Part shown: positions 38,203 to 49,574 of the stretch, in pieces
Position numbering within the stretch: the stretch's first letter is position 1
Layout of the letters: every line of letters starts with the position of its first letter
Source: Myxococcota bacterium
GTDB lineage: Bacteria > Myxococcota_A > UBA796 > JAJRTE01
Direction of reading: 5' to 3'
Assembly (NCBI GenBank): GCA_024278455.1
Contig: JAJRTE010000237.1
Coordinates: 2,955 to 66,954, forward strand
Length of the DNA: 64,000 nt
Made by a program: the position numbers and the translations under genes
Notes under the pieces: generated by a model
What the model was told of the DNA's origin: nothing
Databases searched by the model: none
Seen by the model: only the letters and a program-made list of their open reading frames with translations

Positions 38203-38706
38203 TCACCTGCGCTCGTTGTCGTCGATCCACTGCTGGAGTCGCCTGACCAACAACCCCTCCATCACGGCCAGCCGACCAGCAATCACCCGGTTCAGGCTCC
38301 GGACAATCTTCAGGTGAAGCTCCGGCCGGGCGACGAAAAGGTCCTTGAGCTTCGCCTGGTCCAGCCTCAGCAGCGCGACGTTCGTCATCGCCTTGCCGCT
38401 CAAGGTGAGCTTGTGGGGTGGAACCAGGGCCGACCAGGCAATGAGGCTGCCCGCGCCCTTCTCGTCCAACGTCACTTCCCTCGAGTCCCCGTGCACAATG
38501 ACCGGCAGCGTCAAGGCCACCGTCCCCCGGGCGACCATCAACAGGGCATCGGCGGACTCTCCCAGACGAAAAAGCCGCGACCCAGCCTCCACCGTCTCGA
38601 GTTGCGTTATCGTGGCGAGTGCTTCAATCTCGGAAGGCTCGAGATCCCTGGCAAGTTCATTACGGCTCAACGCCACGACGAGGCCCAGATTGCCGGCCGT
38701 TTCCAT
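38203..38706 (-). CDS. Standalone cyclic-nucleotide-binding (Crp-like) domain protein
   Basis: LFRLGESADALLMVARGTV..., GSLIAWSAL; no HTH. Confidence 0.8.
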   Translation of the reverse strand: METAGNLGLVVALSRNELARDLEPSEIEALATITQLETVEAGSRLFRLGESADALLMVARGTVALTLPVIVHGDSREVTLDEKGAGSLIAWSALVPPHKLTLSGKAMTNVALLRLDQAKLKDLFVARPELHLKIVRSLNRVIAGRLAVMEGLLVRRLQQWIDDNERR

Positions 38707-38813
38707 TGTTCATCGCCTCTCGTGATACCCGTTGTTGACTGTCCTGTCACGAATATGCGCCCCGCGGGGGGGACGGCCACCGCCCTTCGCCGCCAGGCGG
38801 CACGTATTCCACA

Positions 38814-39140
38814 CTAATGGATGTGAAGCGTCACCTGGGACGGGCTCCGGGCGAAAAACTCCGCGGAACGCCGCCCACGCCGAAGGTCCGACTCGATGTA
38901 GGCCACCAGCTCTTCCGTGGAAACCGGGTGCGCCGGCAATCGAACGTCCGCACCATGCCAGCCGTCCGGTCCGTCGAACAGCAAGGCCGTTTGGCCGAAA
39001 TCGAGTGTCGGGGCAGGCGCCTCGACATCGCGATGCTGCGGTCCGAGGGGCTGTTCTTCCCGCATGGCAAAAGAAAGCGCGCCCACTGCACCGAAAAGGA
39101 CGTAAAGAATCGGGACAACGATGAGAATAGTCGAGAGCAT
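38814..39140 (-). CDS. Small membrane-anchored hypothetical protein
   Basis: AGGAG RBS; N-terminal TM helix; first gene of the minus-strand respiratory cluster. Confidence 0.55.
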   Translation of the reverse strand: MLSTILIVVPILYVLFGAVGALSFAMREEQPLGPQHRDVEAPAPTLDFGQTALLFDGPDGWHGADVRLPAHPVSTEELVAYIESDLRRGRRSAEFFARSPSQVTLHIH

Positions 39141-39198
39141 GTCATTTCTCCTCTTGCCTGCGCCATTCGCCGAAGGGTGACCGGTTCATCTTCGTTTT

Positions 39199-39214
39199 GT
39201 CAGGTTTCGTGCCA
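39199..39214 (-). promoter_or_regulatory. Possible sigma54 promoter for the respiratory cluster
   Basis: Perfect -24 TGGCACG, but the -12 reads CTGA instead of TTGC. Confidence 0.35.
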
Positions 39215-39281
39215 CCTGAAAAGCAACTCTGTAACGCAGTGCAATTGCAGCACAAACAGAACATCCAGCCCGGCAACGCGC

Positions 39282-39297
39282 TGGCGCGGGACATGCA
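39282..39297 (+). promoter_or_regulatory. Possible sigma54 promoter upstream of fadD
   Basis: TGGCGCG-GGAC-ATGCA, GG-N10-GC spacing. Confidence 0.5.
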
Positions 39298-39510
39298 ATA
39301 TTGTCAGCACCTACCAGGCCGAATCTGGTTTTTCTCTTCAAATGCCGTAGAGTAGCCCAGCCTGACACGCTGGACATCCTGGCAGCTTCAAGGCGCCGTC
39401 TTTGCGGTACCAACTACACTTTGCAAGACTCGAGGGTCACAAAGGCGCCATGTCTGCTATATTGGAAGACTCGAGCGCTGGAGGAACGGCGAGCACCACT
39501 GGAGGGGACC

Positions 39511-41307
39511 ATGACGTTCAAGGACTACGCAAACGTTTTTCAGATGCTTTCGGACACGGCCGAACGGTGGCCGAACCAGGCGGCCTACCGCTGGTTCACG
39601 CCATCCGGCGGCATGGAGTCCGTCACCTGGAAGGCATTCCGCGATGCCGCCCGGCAGGTCGGCAAGGCCCTGATGGCCCTCGACGTGCAAAAGGGCGACA
39701 AGGTCAACATCCTCAGCTATTCGTGCTACCAGTGGGTCCTCGCCGACATGGGTATCGTGAGCATCGGCGCCTGCACGGTCGGGATCTACCAGTCCAACCT
39801 GGCAAGAGACTGCCGCTACATCATCGACCACTCGGACGCCGTGGTGGTGTTCGCCGAGGACGATCACCAACTCGACAAACTGCTGAGCATAAGGGACGAC
39901 ATTCCGGACGTCCGCAAGGTGATCCTGTTCAAGGGGGAGCCGCAACAGGAAGACGACTGGGTCATGTCGTTCGACGCCTTCCTTGCCCTCGCCGACGACG
40001 TCGGCGACACCGCGTTCGAGGAACGTGCCGGGGCCGTTCGCCCGGAAGATCCGGCCGGTATCGTCTACACTTCGGGAACCACCGGTGTGCCCAAGGGCGC
40101 CGTGCTCACGCACGACAACATCACGTTCACCGCCCAGTCGGTCCAGGGATCCACCGACATCCGGGACGACGACGAGGTCTTTCTCTTCTTGCCCCTGGCC
40201 CATGTCTTCGCCCGCACCTGCGTCTACGCCACCCTACTGGCAGGCAGACCGACAACCTTCGCCCGCAGCATGGACACGATCATCGACGATATCGCCAAGG
40301 CCCGCCCGCACTGGTTCGCCAGCGTCCCGCGGATCTATGAAAAGGTCTACTCCAAGGTGGTCGGCGGCGCCGAAGCCAAGGGGGGCCTGACCCTGAAAAT
40401 CTTCGACTGGGCCAGGCACGTCGGGGCTCGAGTCAGCGACCACAAGCTCGCCAACAAGCCCCTCCCCCGCATCCTCGATCTCCAGTACCGCCTGGCCACC
40501 AGGCTCGTTTTCAGCAAGCTCCAGGCGGCGTTCGGGGGCAGGGTCCGGTGGTGCATCAGCGGCGGTGCGCCCCTCAACCCGGACATCGCACGGTTCTTCC
40601 ATGCCGCCGGCATCCTGATCCTCGAGGGAATCGGGATGACGGAGAACACATCGTTCACCAATCTTAATCGAATCGACAACTACCGGTTCGGGTGGGTCGG
40701 CCAACCAGGCCCGGGGATCGAGCAGAAAATCGCCGCCGACGGGGAAATCCTCTATCGCGGTCGCAACGTGATGAAGGAATACTACAAGATGCCCGAGGAG
40801 ACTGCCGAGACCATCGAGCCCGATGGCTGGCAGCACACCGGCGACCTGGGGGAGATCGACGACCAGGACTTCCTGCGGATCACCGGCCGCAAGAAGGACC
40901 TGATCATCACCGCGGGCGGAAAGAACATCGCGCCGGCCCGTATCGAAGGCGTCCTGGCGACGAGCAGGTATCTCAACCAGGTCTGCGTGATCGGGGACCG
41001 GCGCAAGTACCTCACCGCCCTCGTCACCCTGGACATGGACAACATCCAGCAGTTCGCATCCGAGAACCGCATCTCCTACCAGGACCCCTCGGAACTCGAG
41101 CAGAACGACCGCGTGCGTGCTCTCATCGACGCCGAAATCACGGAGAAGAACAAGGCGTTCGCGTCGTTCGAAACCATCAAGCGGTTCACCATCGTGCCTG
41201 AGTTCACCATCGAGAACGGCATGCTGACACCGACGCTCAAGGTGAAGCGGAACGTGGTGGCCGAGCGTTTCAAGGCACAGATCGACGCGATGTACCCGGC
41301 GAATTGA
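39511..41307 (+). CDS. fadD: Long-chain fatty acid-CoA ligase (AMP-dependent)
   Basis: YTSGTTGVPKG, LPLAHVFAR, EGIGMTE, WQHTGDLG, GRKKDLIITAGGKNIAP. Confidence 0.93.
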   Translation: MTFKDYANVFQMLSDTAERWPNQAAYRWFTPSGGMESVTWKAFRDAARQVGKALMALDVQKGDKVNILSYSCYQWVLADMGIVSIGACTVGIYQSNLARDCRYIIDHSDAVVVFAEDDHQLDKLLSIRDDIPDVRKVILFKGEPQQEDDWVMSFDAFLALADDVGDTAFEERAGAVRPEDPAGIVYTSGTTGVPKGAVLTHDNITFTAQSVQGSTDIRDDDEVFLFLPLAHVFARTCVYATLLAGRPTTFARSMDTIIDDIAKARPHWFASVPRIYEKVYSKVVGGAEAKGGLTLKIFDWARHVGARVSDHKLANKPLPRILDLQYRLATRLVFSKLQAAFGGRVRWCISGGAPLNPDIARFFHAAGILILEGIGMTENTSFTNLNRIDNYRFGWVGQPGPGIEQKIAADGEILYRGRNVMKEYYKMPEETAETIEPDGWQHTGDLGEIDDQDFLRITGRKKDLIITAGGKNIAPARIEGVLATSRYLNQVCVIGDRRKYLTALVTLDMDNIQQFASENRISYQDPSELEQNDRVRALIDAEITEKNKAFASFETIKRFTIVPEFTIENGMLTPTLKVKRNVVAERFKAQIDAMYPAN

Positions 41308-41411
41308 CCCCGGGGCCTCCCTGTGCCTCCGGCCCGGCCAGACCGGCGAAACCTGCTGGGCCAACGAGCAGCCTCTACCGACAGGTGGATTCTCTTCAGG
41401 AACGAACAACG

Positions 41412-44267
41412 ATGATGCACCTGGACCCCGTCTTGAATGCAAACAATCTCGAGTTCGTGGAACAGCAGTACGACCGGTACCTCGAGGACCCGGATGCCGT
41501 GGACCCATCCTGGCGCGCCTATTTCGACGACCAGGTTCCACCAGGAGAACGGCAACACTATCGTGGTGCCGAGCTGAAACCGCGCAGTATCTTCAACCCG
41601 GATCCTCCCACCCGGCCCTGCCCCGGCTGGGAAGCCCCGGAAGGTGCGACCACCTGCGCCCCGGTCTGCGGCCAGGCCTTGAGAGCGACCGTGCGGCTGT
41701 CCCGCGTCTTTCAACTGGTCAACAACTACCGGGTACGCGGTCACCTCCTCGCCGACCTCGACCCCCTGAAGCAGCGCGAGCGCAAGCCACCGCCGGAACT
41801 CGAATTGTCCTACTACGGCTTCACCGGCGCCGACCTCGAGGCCGTGGTCCCCAACGGCGGATTCCATGGACCGCCGGTGCTCAAGCTCAAGGAACTCGTG
41901 CAGGCCCTGCGCGCCACCTACTGCCGCCACATCGGCGTCGAATTCATGAACATCCAGGACCCGGTGCAGAAAAACTGGCTGCTCGAACGCATGGAACGCT
42001 CGCGCAATCGGCACAAGTTGTCACGGGATGAACAGGTTGCCATCCTTGGCAAACTCGTGGCCGCGGAGAGCCTCGAGCAGTTTCTCCACACCAAGTACGT
42101 GGGAACCAAGCGGTTCTCGCTCCAGGGCGCCGAATCGTTGATCCCGTTGCTCGACGTGCTGTTCGACCTGGCAGGGGCCCAAGGCATCGACGAGGTGGTG
42201 ATGGGCATGCCCCACCGGGGACGGCTCAACGTGGTGGTCAACCTGCTCGGCCAGGCACCTTCCAGGCTCTTCGCCCAGTTCGAGGACATCGATCCTTTCG
42301 CGACCCTCGGCTCAGGGGACGTCAAGTACCACCTGGGCTTTTGCACAAACAGCCACGTGACCCGGCACGGCCACCGCATGCACATCTCGCTGACCGCCAA
42401 TCCCAGCCACCTCGAGGCGGTCAATCCGGTGGTAGAGGGGCGGTGCCGGGCCAAGCAGGACAGGCGGGAGGATTTCGCGCGCGAACACATCATGCCGCTA
42501 CTCATCCACGGCGACGCCGCGTTCGCCGGGCAAGGACTGGTCGCCGAGACCCTCAACCTGGCGGGGCTCGAGGGCTATCGAACCGGGGGGACGATCCATG
42601 TCATCGTGAACAATCAAATCGGTTTCACCACCCCGCCATCCGCGTCGAGGTCCACCCCCTACTCCACCGATGTGGCGAGGATGATGCAGATCCCGATCTT
42701 CCATGTCAACGGCGAGGACCTCGAGTCCGTCGTCCAGGTGGCCGAGCTTGCCATGGCGTTCCGGCAGACGTTCAAGAAGGACGTGGTCATCGATCTCTTC
42801 TGCTGGCGCAAGTATGGTCACAACGAGATGGACGAGCCGAGTTTCACCCAGCCGCTGATGTACAAGCTCATCGACACCCATCCATCGGTGGCGCGCACCT
42901 GGTCTCGACAGATGGTGAAAGGGGGCTGGATCAGCCAGGCCGATGCCGACGATATCGTACTCGAGGAGCGGAAGAGGCTGGAAGGAGAATTCCTCAAGAT
43001 ACACGACCGCCCGGCCAGCACGCCCGACTATCGGCCGGTGCTCACCGGTCTCTGGGAGGGATACCGGGGCGGCCCGTGGTCGGCCGTACTCGAGGTCGAA
43101 ACCCGCGTGCACAGGGAGGTCCTCGACCAGATCGCCGCCCGACTCAGGCACCTCCCCGACGGATTCACGCCTCACCGCAAGATCCGGCGCCTGATAGCCC
43201 GGCGGGACCGGATGGCTCGAGGCGAACTGCCCATCGACTGGGGCATGGGCGAGATGTTCGCATTCGGCACATTGCTGTGGGAGGGCCGGGACGTCCGGCT
43301 GAGCGGCCAGGACTCGAGACGCGGTACGTTCAGCCATCGACACACGGTGTTCACCGACATCGACAACGGCCGGGAATACAGTCCGCTGGCCAACCTCAAG
43401 GACGGCCAGGGCCGGTTCTTCGCCCACGACAGCGCCCTGTCCGAGGCCGGCGTCCTGGGATTCGAGTTCGGGTACAGCATGAACGCCCCGTCCGCCCTGG
43501 TGATCTGGGAGGCCCAATTCGGCGATTTCGCCAACGGCGCACAGGTCATCATCGACCAGTTCATCGCTTCCAGCGAGGACAAATGGGGACGGCTCAGCGG
43601 CCTGGTCATGTTCTTGCCCCATGGCTACGAAGGCCAGGGCCCGGAACATTCCAGCGCGCGACTCGAGCGCTTCCTGCAACTATGTGCTCGAGACAACATG
43701 CAGGTGTGCGTCCCCACCACGCCTGCACAGCATTTCCACCTGCTCCGGCGCCAGGTGTTGCGCCCGTGGCGCAAGCCTCTGGTCGTTCTGACGCCCAAGA
43801 GTCTCCTGCGCCATCCACAGGCCGTGTCCAGCCTGGACGCATTCACGGGCGGGCGGTTCCGGCAGGTATGGGCCGACGCATCGAACGCCGACCCTGCGCA
43901 GGTGCGGCGGGTGCTGCTCTGCTCCGGCAAGTTCTTCTATGAACTCGAGGCGGAGCGGGAGAAGCGTGGAGAGACCGCGCTGCCCATCATCCGGCTTGAA
44001 CAGTTGTACCCGTTCCCGTGGGCCGAACTCCAGGAAACGCTTGCCAGGTACCCGCACCTCGAACAGATCTCCTGGTGTCAGGAGGAACCTCGCAACATGG
44101 GCGCCTGGGAGTTCGTTCGGGGCCGTTTCACTGACCTCGGCGACAACGCCATACCTCTCGACGTGTTCAGCCGGTCGGAGGCGGCCAGTCCTGCCACGGG
44201 GTCACACAGGGCACACGTCATCGAGCAACGGATGCTGCTGGACGACATCTTCGACAATCACGATTGA
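41412..44267 (+). CDS. sucA: 2-oxoglutarate dehydrogenase E1
   Basis: [55 protein letters not shown]. Confidence 0.97.
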   Translation: MMHLDPVLNANNLEFVEQQYDRYLEDPDAVDPSWRAYFDDQVPPGERQHYRGAELKPRSIFNPDPPTRPCPGWEAPEGATTCAPVCGQALRATVRLSRVFQLVNNYRVRGHLLADLDPLKQRERKPPPELELSYYGFTGADLEAVVPNGGFHGPPVLKLKELVQALRATYCRHIGVEFMNIQDPVQKNWLLERMERSRNRHKLSRDEQVAILGKLVAAESLEQFLHTKYVGTKRFSLQGAESLIPLLDVLFDLAGAQGIDEVVMGMPHRGRLNVVVNLLGQAPSRLFAQFEDIDPFATLGSGDVKYHLGFCTNSHVTRHGHRMHISLTANPSHLEAVNPVVEGRCRAKQDRREDFAREHIMPLLIHGDAAFAGQGLVAETLNLAGLEGYRTGGTIHVIVNNQIGFTTPPSASRSTPYSTDVARMMQIPIFHVNGEDLESVVQVAELAMAFRQTFKKDVVIDLFCWRKYGHNEMDEPSFTQPLMYKLIDTHPSVARTWSRQMVKGGWISQADADDIVLEERKRLEGEFLKIHDRPASTPDYRPVLTGLWEGYRGGPWSAVLEVETRVHREVLDQIAARLRHLPDGFTPHRKIRRLIARRDRMARGELPIDWGMGEMFAFGTLLWEGRDVRLSGQDSRRGTFSHRHTVFTDIDNGREYSPLANLKDGQGRFFAHDSALSEAGVLGFEFGYSMNAPSALVIWEAQFGDFANGAQVIIDQFIASSEDKWGRLSGLVMFLPHGYEGQGPEHSSARLERFLQLCARDNMQVCVPTTPAQHFHLLRRQVLRPWRKPLVVLTPKSLLRHPQAVSSLDAFTGGRFRQVWADASNADPAQVRRVLLCSGKFFYELEAEREKRGETALPIIRLEQLYPFPWAELQETLARYPHLEQISWCQEEPRNMGAWEFVRGRFTDLGDNAIPLDVFSRSEAASPATGSHRAHVIEQRMLLDDIFDNHD

Positions 44268-44311
44268 GCGCTCGAGGCGCAAGGAAACATCCAACGGAGA
44301 CACGAGGAATC

Positions 44312-45700
44312 ATGGCCATCAATCTCACAGTTCCGCCTTTCGGCGAATCCGTCACCGAGGCGGTCATCGCGCGATGGTACGTCCGGGAAGGAGACATCGT
44401 CGCCAAAGATCAACCGGTTTGCGAAATCGAGAGCGACAAGGTCAACCAGGAACTGCCCTCCCCTGTCACGGGCCGGCTCGTCGCCATCCTGAAGCAGGCC
44501 GACGAACCGGTCTCGGTGGGCGAAGTCATCGGTCAAATCGAACCCGTGGAAGCGGTCGAAACGGGGACGGGCGGGGAATCGAGCGCAGAGGACGCCGACA
44601 CACCCGGTCACCAGGCGCCCCCGCCGCCCACGGGTCCTGCGGCGCGGCGACTGCTCGCCGAGCACGGAATCGAGCCTACCGAAGTCACGGCCACCGGGCC
44701 CTCCGGGCGGCTCACCAAGGGCGACGTGCTGGCCCACGTTGCGCACGAACAGGCGGAAACAGCAGCGGTGCGAACGGGCGGCGAGGAGGGCGCCACGGGG
44801 AGTGCGGTGTCGCCGGCCGCTTCGGGCACGGCAGCGGCGACAGGGACGCCGCGCACCACGCCTCGAGCCCTGGCGACCGGTGCCACGCGGTCCGGGAAAC
44901 CCACGCCGGACCCTGTCACGCCGGTGAGCGAACCGGCACCGCCTCGAGGGCTCACGTGGACACCTGCGGCACCATCTTCTGCCGGGCGTCGCGGGGCGGA
45001 AGGGCGCGAGGAGCATGTCAGGATGAGCCCCCTCCGCAAGAAGGTAGCCCAACGCCTGGTCGACGTGCAACGGAATGCCGCCATTCTGACCACGTTCAAC
45101 GAGGTGGACATGTCCGCCATCATGGCACTGCGCAAGAGGTACCAGGCTCGCTTCGTGGAGAAGTATGGTATCAAGCTGGGCTTCATGTCGTTCTTCGTGA
45201 AGGCGTGCATCGACGCGCTCAGGGCGTTCCCGGGCGTCAACGCGGAGATCCGGGACGACGAAATCGTGTACAAGCGATACTACGACATCGGCGTTGCGGT
45301 CGGTGGAGGCAAGGGGCTCGTGGTCCCGGTCGTGCGTGACGCGGATCGCATGGGTTTTGCCGAGGTGGAGCTTGCCATCGCCGCGCTCGCCGAGAAGGCC
45401 CGGAACAACAAGCTGAGCCTCGAGGAGCTTTCCGGCGGCACTTTCACCATCAGCAACGGGGGAATCTACGGTTCGCTCATGTCCACGCCCATCCTCAACC
45501 CGCCGCAGAGCGGTATCCTGGGCATGCACAAGATCGAAGATCGGCCCGTGGTCGTGGACGGGCAAATCGTGGTGCGCCCCATGATGTACCTGGCCCTTTC
45601 CTACGATCACCGTGTGATCGACGGTCGCGAAGCCGTGTCTTTCCTGGTCCGGGTCAAGGAGTGTATCGAGGGTCCGGAACGGATGCTTCTGGAAGTCTGA
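44312..45700 (+). CDS. sucB: Dihydrolipoamide succinyltransferase E2
   Basis: Lipoyl domain (ESDK), E3-binding [12 protein letters not shown]-like motif, [17 protein letters not shown]. Confidence 0.96.
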   Translation: MAINLTVPPFGESVTEAVIARWYVREGDIVAKDQPVCEIESDKVNQELPSPVTGRLVAILKQADEPVSVGEVIGQIEPVEAVETGTGGESSAEDADTPGHQAPPPPTGPAARRLLAEHGIEPTEVTATGPSGRLTKGDVLAHVAHEQAETAAVRTGGEEGATGSAVSPAASGTAAATGTPRTTPRALATGATRSGKPTPDPVTPVSEPAPPRGLTWTPAAPSSAGRRGAEGREEHVRMSPLRKKVAQRLVDVQRNAAILTTFNEVDMSAIMALRKRYQARFVEKYGIKLGFMSFFVKACIDALRAFPGVNAEIRDDEIVYKRYYDIGVAVGGGKGLVVPVVRDADRMGFAEVELAIAALAEKARNNKLSLEELSGGTFTISNGGIYGSLMSTPILNPPQSGILGMHKIEDRPVVVDGQIVVRPMMYLALSYDHRVIDGREAVSFLVRVKECIEGPERMLLEV

Positions 45701-45753
45701 CACCCTCGGCGATCGGCTGCGCCGATATCGCCGTCCTCGTACTGGAGAATGAA

Positions 45754-47160
45754 ATGCGTGAGCAAACCGTTTTCGATCTGGTCATCATCGGTTCGGGACC
45801 TGGCGGCTACGTGGCCGCGATCCGGGCGGCTCAACTCGGTCTCAAGACCGCCTGTGTCGAGAAGGCCCGTTCCCTCGGCGGCACCTGCCTGAACGTGGGC
45901 TGTATCCCGAGCAAGGCCCTTCTCGAGTCTTCCGAGCACTACATTTCCGCGCGGAAGCACCTCAAGCAGCATGGCATTCGCGTGGAGGGCGTATCCATCG
46001 ACGTGGGGGCCATGATGGCGCGCAAGGATCGTGTCGTGAAGACGCTCACCTCCGGGATCGCCATGCTGTTCAAGAAAAATGGTGTGACCCAGGTCACCGG
46101 GACCGGCCGAGTCGTCGCGCCCGATGCCGTGGAGGTCACTGGCGGCGAAGAGACCACGCGTCTGCGCACCCGGCGTATCCTCATCGCCACCGGATCGACC
46201 GTGGCGGTGCCTCGAGGCTTCCGGCTCGACGGCAAGTACGTGGTCAGCTCGACCGAGGCCCTCGAGTTCGACGCGGTTCCCAAACGTCTCGTCATCATCG
46301 GTGCCGGTGTGATAGGGCTGGAGCTAGGATCGGTCTGGGCACGACTGGGCGCCAAAGTGACCCTGATCGAGCTGCTTCCCCGGATTCTCGCCGGCTTCGA
46401 CAGTGAACTGGCCACCACCGCGCAGAAGCTGTTCCAGCGGCAGGGCATGAAGTTCATCCTGGGCGCTCGAGTCGGTCGCGCCGAGATCGTGGGGCAGGAA
46501 GTGGAAGTCGGGTACGATGACAAGGATGGCAACGCCCGGAGCATCACCTGCGACCGCCTCCTGGTGAGCGTCGGGCGCCGGCCCTACACGGAAGGGCTGG
46601 GCTTGGAGGACCTGGGCATCGAGATGGACGGACATGGCAGGATTGCGGTCGATGCCAGTTACCAGACGTCGGTCCCGGGGATCTATGCCGTCGGCGACGT
46701 TATCGCCGGCCCCATGCTCGCCCACAAGGCCCAGGAAGAGGGCGTCGCCGCGGTGGAGATGATGGCCGGGCACGTGGCGAAGGTCGACTACGACGCCATT
46801 CCCGCCATCGCCTATACCCAGCCCGAAATCGCCACGGTCGGCGCGACCGAGGATGCGCTCAAGGAGCAAGGCGTGCCTTACGCCCGCGGCACCTTCCCCT
46901 TCCAGGCCAATGGCAGGGCCAAGGCCATGGGCCAGGCCGATGGCTGGGTCAAGGTGTTGGCAGACTCCAGGACCGACCGGATCCTGGGCGCTCACATCAT
47001 CGGGCCTCGAGCCGGAGACCTGATTGCCGAGCTGGCATTGGCCATCGCGTTCGAAGGCAGTTCCGAGGACGTGGCCCGCTCGTGCCACGCCCATCCCACG
47101 CTCGCGGAAGTGGTCAAGGAAGCGTGTCTCGCCGTGGAGGGCCAACCCATCCACATGTAG
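45754..47160 (+). CDS. lpdA: Dihydrolipoamide dehydrogenase E3
   Basis: GSGPGGYVAA, GGTCLNVGCIPSK, HAHPTLAE. Confidence 0.97.
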   Translation: MREQTVFDLVIIGSGPGGYVAAIRAAQLGLKTACVEKARSLGGTCLNVGCIPSKALLESSEHYISARKHLKQHGIRVEGVSIDVGAMMARKDRVVKTLTSGIAMLFKKNGVTQVTGTGRVVAPDAVEVTGGEETTRLRTRRILIATGSTVAVPRGFRLDGKYVVSSTEALEFDAVPKRLVIIGAGVIGLELGSVWARLGAKVTLIELLPRILAGFDSELATTAQKLFQRQGMKFILGARVGRAEIVGQEVEVGYDDKDGNARSITCDRLLVSVGRRPYTEGLGLEDLGIEMDGHGRIAVDASYQTSVPGIYAVGDVIAGPMLAHKAQEEGVAAVEMMAGHVAKVDYDAIPAIAYTQPEIATVGATEDALKEQGVPYARGTFPFQANGRAKAMGQADGWVKVLADSRTDRILGAHIIGPRAGDLIAELALAIAFEGSSEDVARSCHAHPTLAEVVKEACLAVEGQPIHM

Positions 47161-47182
47161 CGGGCGGCAGGAGTCGGCAGCG

Positions 47183-48994
47183 ATGATAACCATGGGCAGG
47201 AAGCGGTATGCCAGGCTCGCCACCGGCGCACTCGTGCCGGCCCTGCTCTTCCTGGCCGGCTCCAGGTGGACCGGGTGCGGCTGCGCCGGGGTCCCCGGGT
47301 GCGTGGGGCCCCCGTTCCACCTTTCGGGTCATCCTCCCAGGCTGCTCGTCAACCAGGTCGGCTACCGGCCCGCGCTCGCCAAGCGCGCGTTCGCCGTCGA
47401 CACGAAATGGAGGACGCGACGAGCGCCGTTCGAGTTGGTGACCGTCCCAAGCGGCCGTGTCGTCGCCGAGGTGCCTGGCGGCGCATGCGACAGGGACTCG
47501 GTGACACGAGACAGGGTGTGGCTCGCCGATTTCTCCTGGTTCGACCAGCCCGGAACCTACCGGCTCAGGCAAGGCGACCTCGAGTCGCACCCATTCCGAA
47601 TCGCCGGCGACGTGTTCCTGGGTACCATCGACCAGTTGCTGCGCGCCTACACGTACCAGCGCTGCGGTGTGGCACTCTCCGACCCCGGGACCGGGGCCGC
47701 CCACCCCCCATGCCACACCACGGAAGCCATCGTGGCTCGGGACGACCCCTTCCACCTCCGGGGCGATCGCATCCCGATTCGTGGAGGCTGGCACGACGCC
47801 GGCGACTATGGCCGGTACGCCAGCACCACGGCGGTCACCGCCGGGCGGCTGCTGTTTCTTGCCGAAGCGTTCCCAGACCTCCTACACGACCACCTCGGCA
47901 TCCCGGAAAGCGGCAACGGCGTTCCCGACATCCTGGACGAGGCCGCGGTGGGGATTCGATGGCTCCAGGCCATGCAACGGCCCGACGGAGCCGTCTACCG
48001 CAAGCTGGCCGGAGCACGCTGGCCCCGCGCGGGCCCGCCCCACGCCGACGATCAACCCCTGTTCGTCTACGGCATTTCGACCCACGAGACCGCCAAGACC
48101 GCTGCCGCCTGCGCCATGGCTGCCCGCGTCTATCTCGAGTGGGACCCCGAACTCGCTCGACGTTCCCTGGAATGCGCGTTGTCCGCCTGGAACTTCCTCG
48201 AGCAACACCCGGAAACTCGAGTGGCGCGCGCCCCGGATGACGACAGCGGTTCAGGGAGCTACATGACGTTCGACGATGCGGGAAGAACCCGGCCGCACGC
48301 CGACACTGGCGATCGGTTCTGGGCTGCTGCCGAACTTTTTGTAACCACCGGCGAAGACCGGTTCAGGGCCTGGATCGACACCCGCCTCGAGCAGATCGAC
48401 TACTCCCTGTTCGGCTGGCGCGACCCATCGGCGCAAGGCATGCTCGACCTGCTCCTGTCCCCTCGATCCCTTCCAGCCTGGCAGAAGACCATCCGGGACC
48501 GCCTGTTGGCCCGTGCCGGGTATCTCCTCGAGCAGGTCCATCGCAACGGCTACCGGGTCGCCACTACGGCGTTCGTGTGGGGTTCCAACCGGAACACCGC
48601 CGAAGACGGGGTGACCCTGGCCATGGCGTACCGCCTTACCGGACAGCAAGGCTACCTGGACGCCGCGGTCGACCAGGCAGACTACCTCCTCGGCAGAAAC
48701 CATTTCGACGTCTGTTTCGTCACCGGCGCGGGAAGCCGGCCGGTAGCGCACCTGGCCCACGCCTACGCCCGATGGGCTGGTATCGTACTGCCGGGATTCC
48801 TGGTGGGCGGCCCCAACACCGACGCCGAAGACGGGGTGGCTCCGGGGGGGCAAGGCCCCCTGAGCTGGGTGGACAGCGCCGACTCGTATGCCACCAACGA
48901 GAACGCCATCGACTACAACCCGCCCCTGGTGACCCTCCTCATGCTGCTGACCCGGCCCGTTGACGCCAGTGTGGGTCCGCCCGTTGGCGAGTGA
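47183..48994 (+). CDS. Glycoside hydrolase family 9 with N-terminal Ig-like domain, exported or lipoprotein
   Basis: VNQVGY, GGWHDAGDYG, DYLLGRN, NENAIDYN. Confidence 0.9.
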   Translation: MITMGRKRYARLATGALVPALLFLAGSRWTGCGCAGVPGCVGPPFHLSGHPPRLLVNQVGYRPALAKRAFAVDTKWRTRRAPFELVTVPSGRVVAEVPGGACDRDSVTRDRVWLADFSWFDQPGTYRLRQGDLESHPFRIAGDVFLGTIDQLLRAYTYQRCGVALSDPGTGAAHPPCHTTEAIVARDDPFHLRGDRIPIRGGWHDAGDYGRYASTTAVTAGRLLFLAEAFPDLLHDHLGIPESGNGVPDILDEAAVGIRWLQAMQRPDGAVYRKLAGARWPRAGPPHADDQPLFVYGISTHETAKTAAACAMAARVYLEWDPELARRSLECALSAWNFLEQHPETRVARAPDDDSGSGSYMTFDDAGRTRPHADTGDRFWAAAELFVTTGEDRFRAWIDTRLEQIDYSLFGWRDPSAQGMLDLLLSPRSLPAWQKTIRDRLLARAGYLLEQVHRNGYRVATTAFVWGSNRNTAEDGVTLAMAYRLTGQQGYLDAAVDQADYLLGRNHFDVCFVTGAGSRPVAHLAHAYARWAGIVLPGFLVGGPNTDAEDGVAPGGQGPLSWVDSADSYATNENAIDYNPPLVTLLMLLTRPVDASVGPPVGE

Positions 48995-49040
48995 GCATAC
49001 TTTCGCCCCTGCGTGGCGGTTCGCCGGCCCGCCGAACGGG

Positions 49041-49574
49041 TCATGCGAGGTTGTCTCGAGCGGGATAGTCCTGGTACCTGGCCAGCACCTGGACGACTTC
49101 GTGTTCGTCTCGAGCCTCCATGAGGGCCTGTGTGACTTCGGGAAACCCGAACGCCGTGCCGATGCTCCGGTACACATCGAGGTAGAATCGATCATCATAG
49201 GGCGGAGCGCACAGGCAGAAAAAGACGTGAACGGGCCGCCCGTCCGGGGCGTCGAAGTCTATCCCCCCAGGGGACCTCCCGAAACATAGCAGGAAACTCT
49301 TGGCCTGCTTGCTCCGGATGTGCGGTACGGCCAGACCCCTGCCCAGGGCAGTGCTTGCTTTCTTCTCACGGCTGACGAGATCGGCAAGCAGTTTCTTCTT
49401 GCTGCCTACTCTGCCGGTAGCGGCCAGGAGGCCGGTAAGAACCTCGAGAACCGCCACCTTGATGCGCCACGGGCCGGCGGAATCCTCGCCGGGACACACC
49501 TCGAGCCGCTCGTCCAGCATGCGGTCCAAATCCAGGCAGACCTGCTCGGGTTTGAGATATCTTGCCAGTTTCAT
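49041..49574 (-). CDS. ptsN: PTS EIIA (Ntr/fructose-type)
   Basis: REKKASTALGRGLAVPH, FDAPDGRPVH. Confidence 0.85.
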   Translation of the reverse strand: MKLARYLKPEQVCLDLDRMLDERLEVCPGEDSAGPWRIKVAVLEVLTGLLAATGRVGSKKKLLADLVSREKKASTALGRGLAVPHIRSKQAKSFLLCFGRSPGGIDFDAPDGRPVHVFFCLCAPPYDDRFYLDVYRSIGTAFGFPEVTQALMEARDEHEVVQVLARYQDYPARDNLA

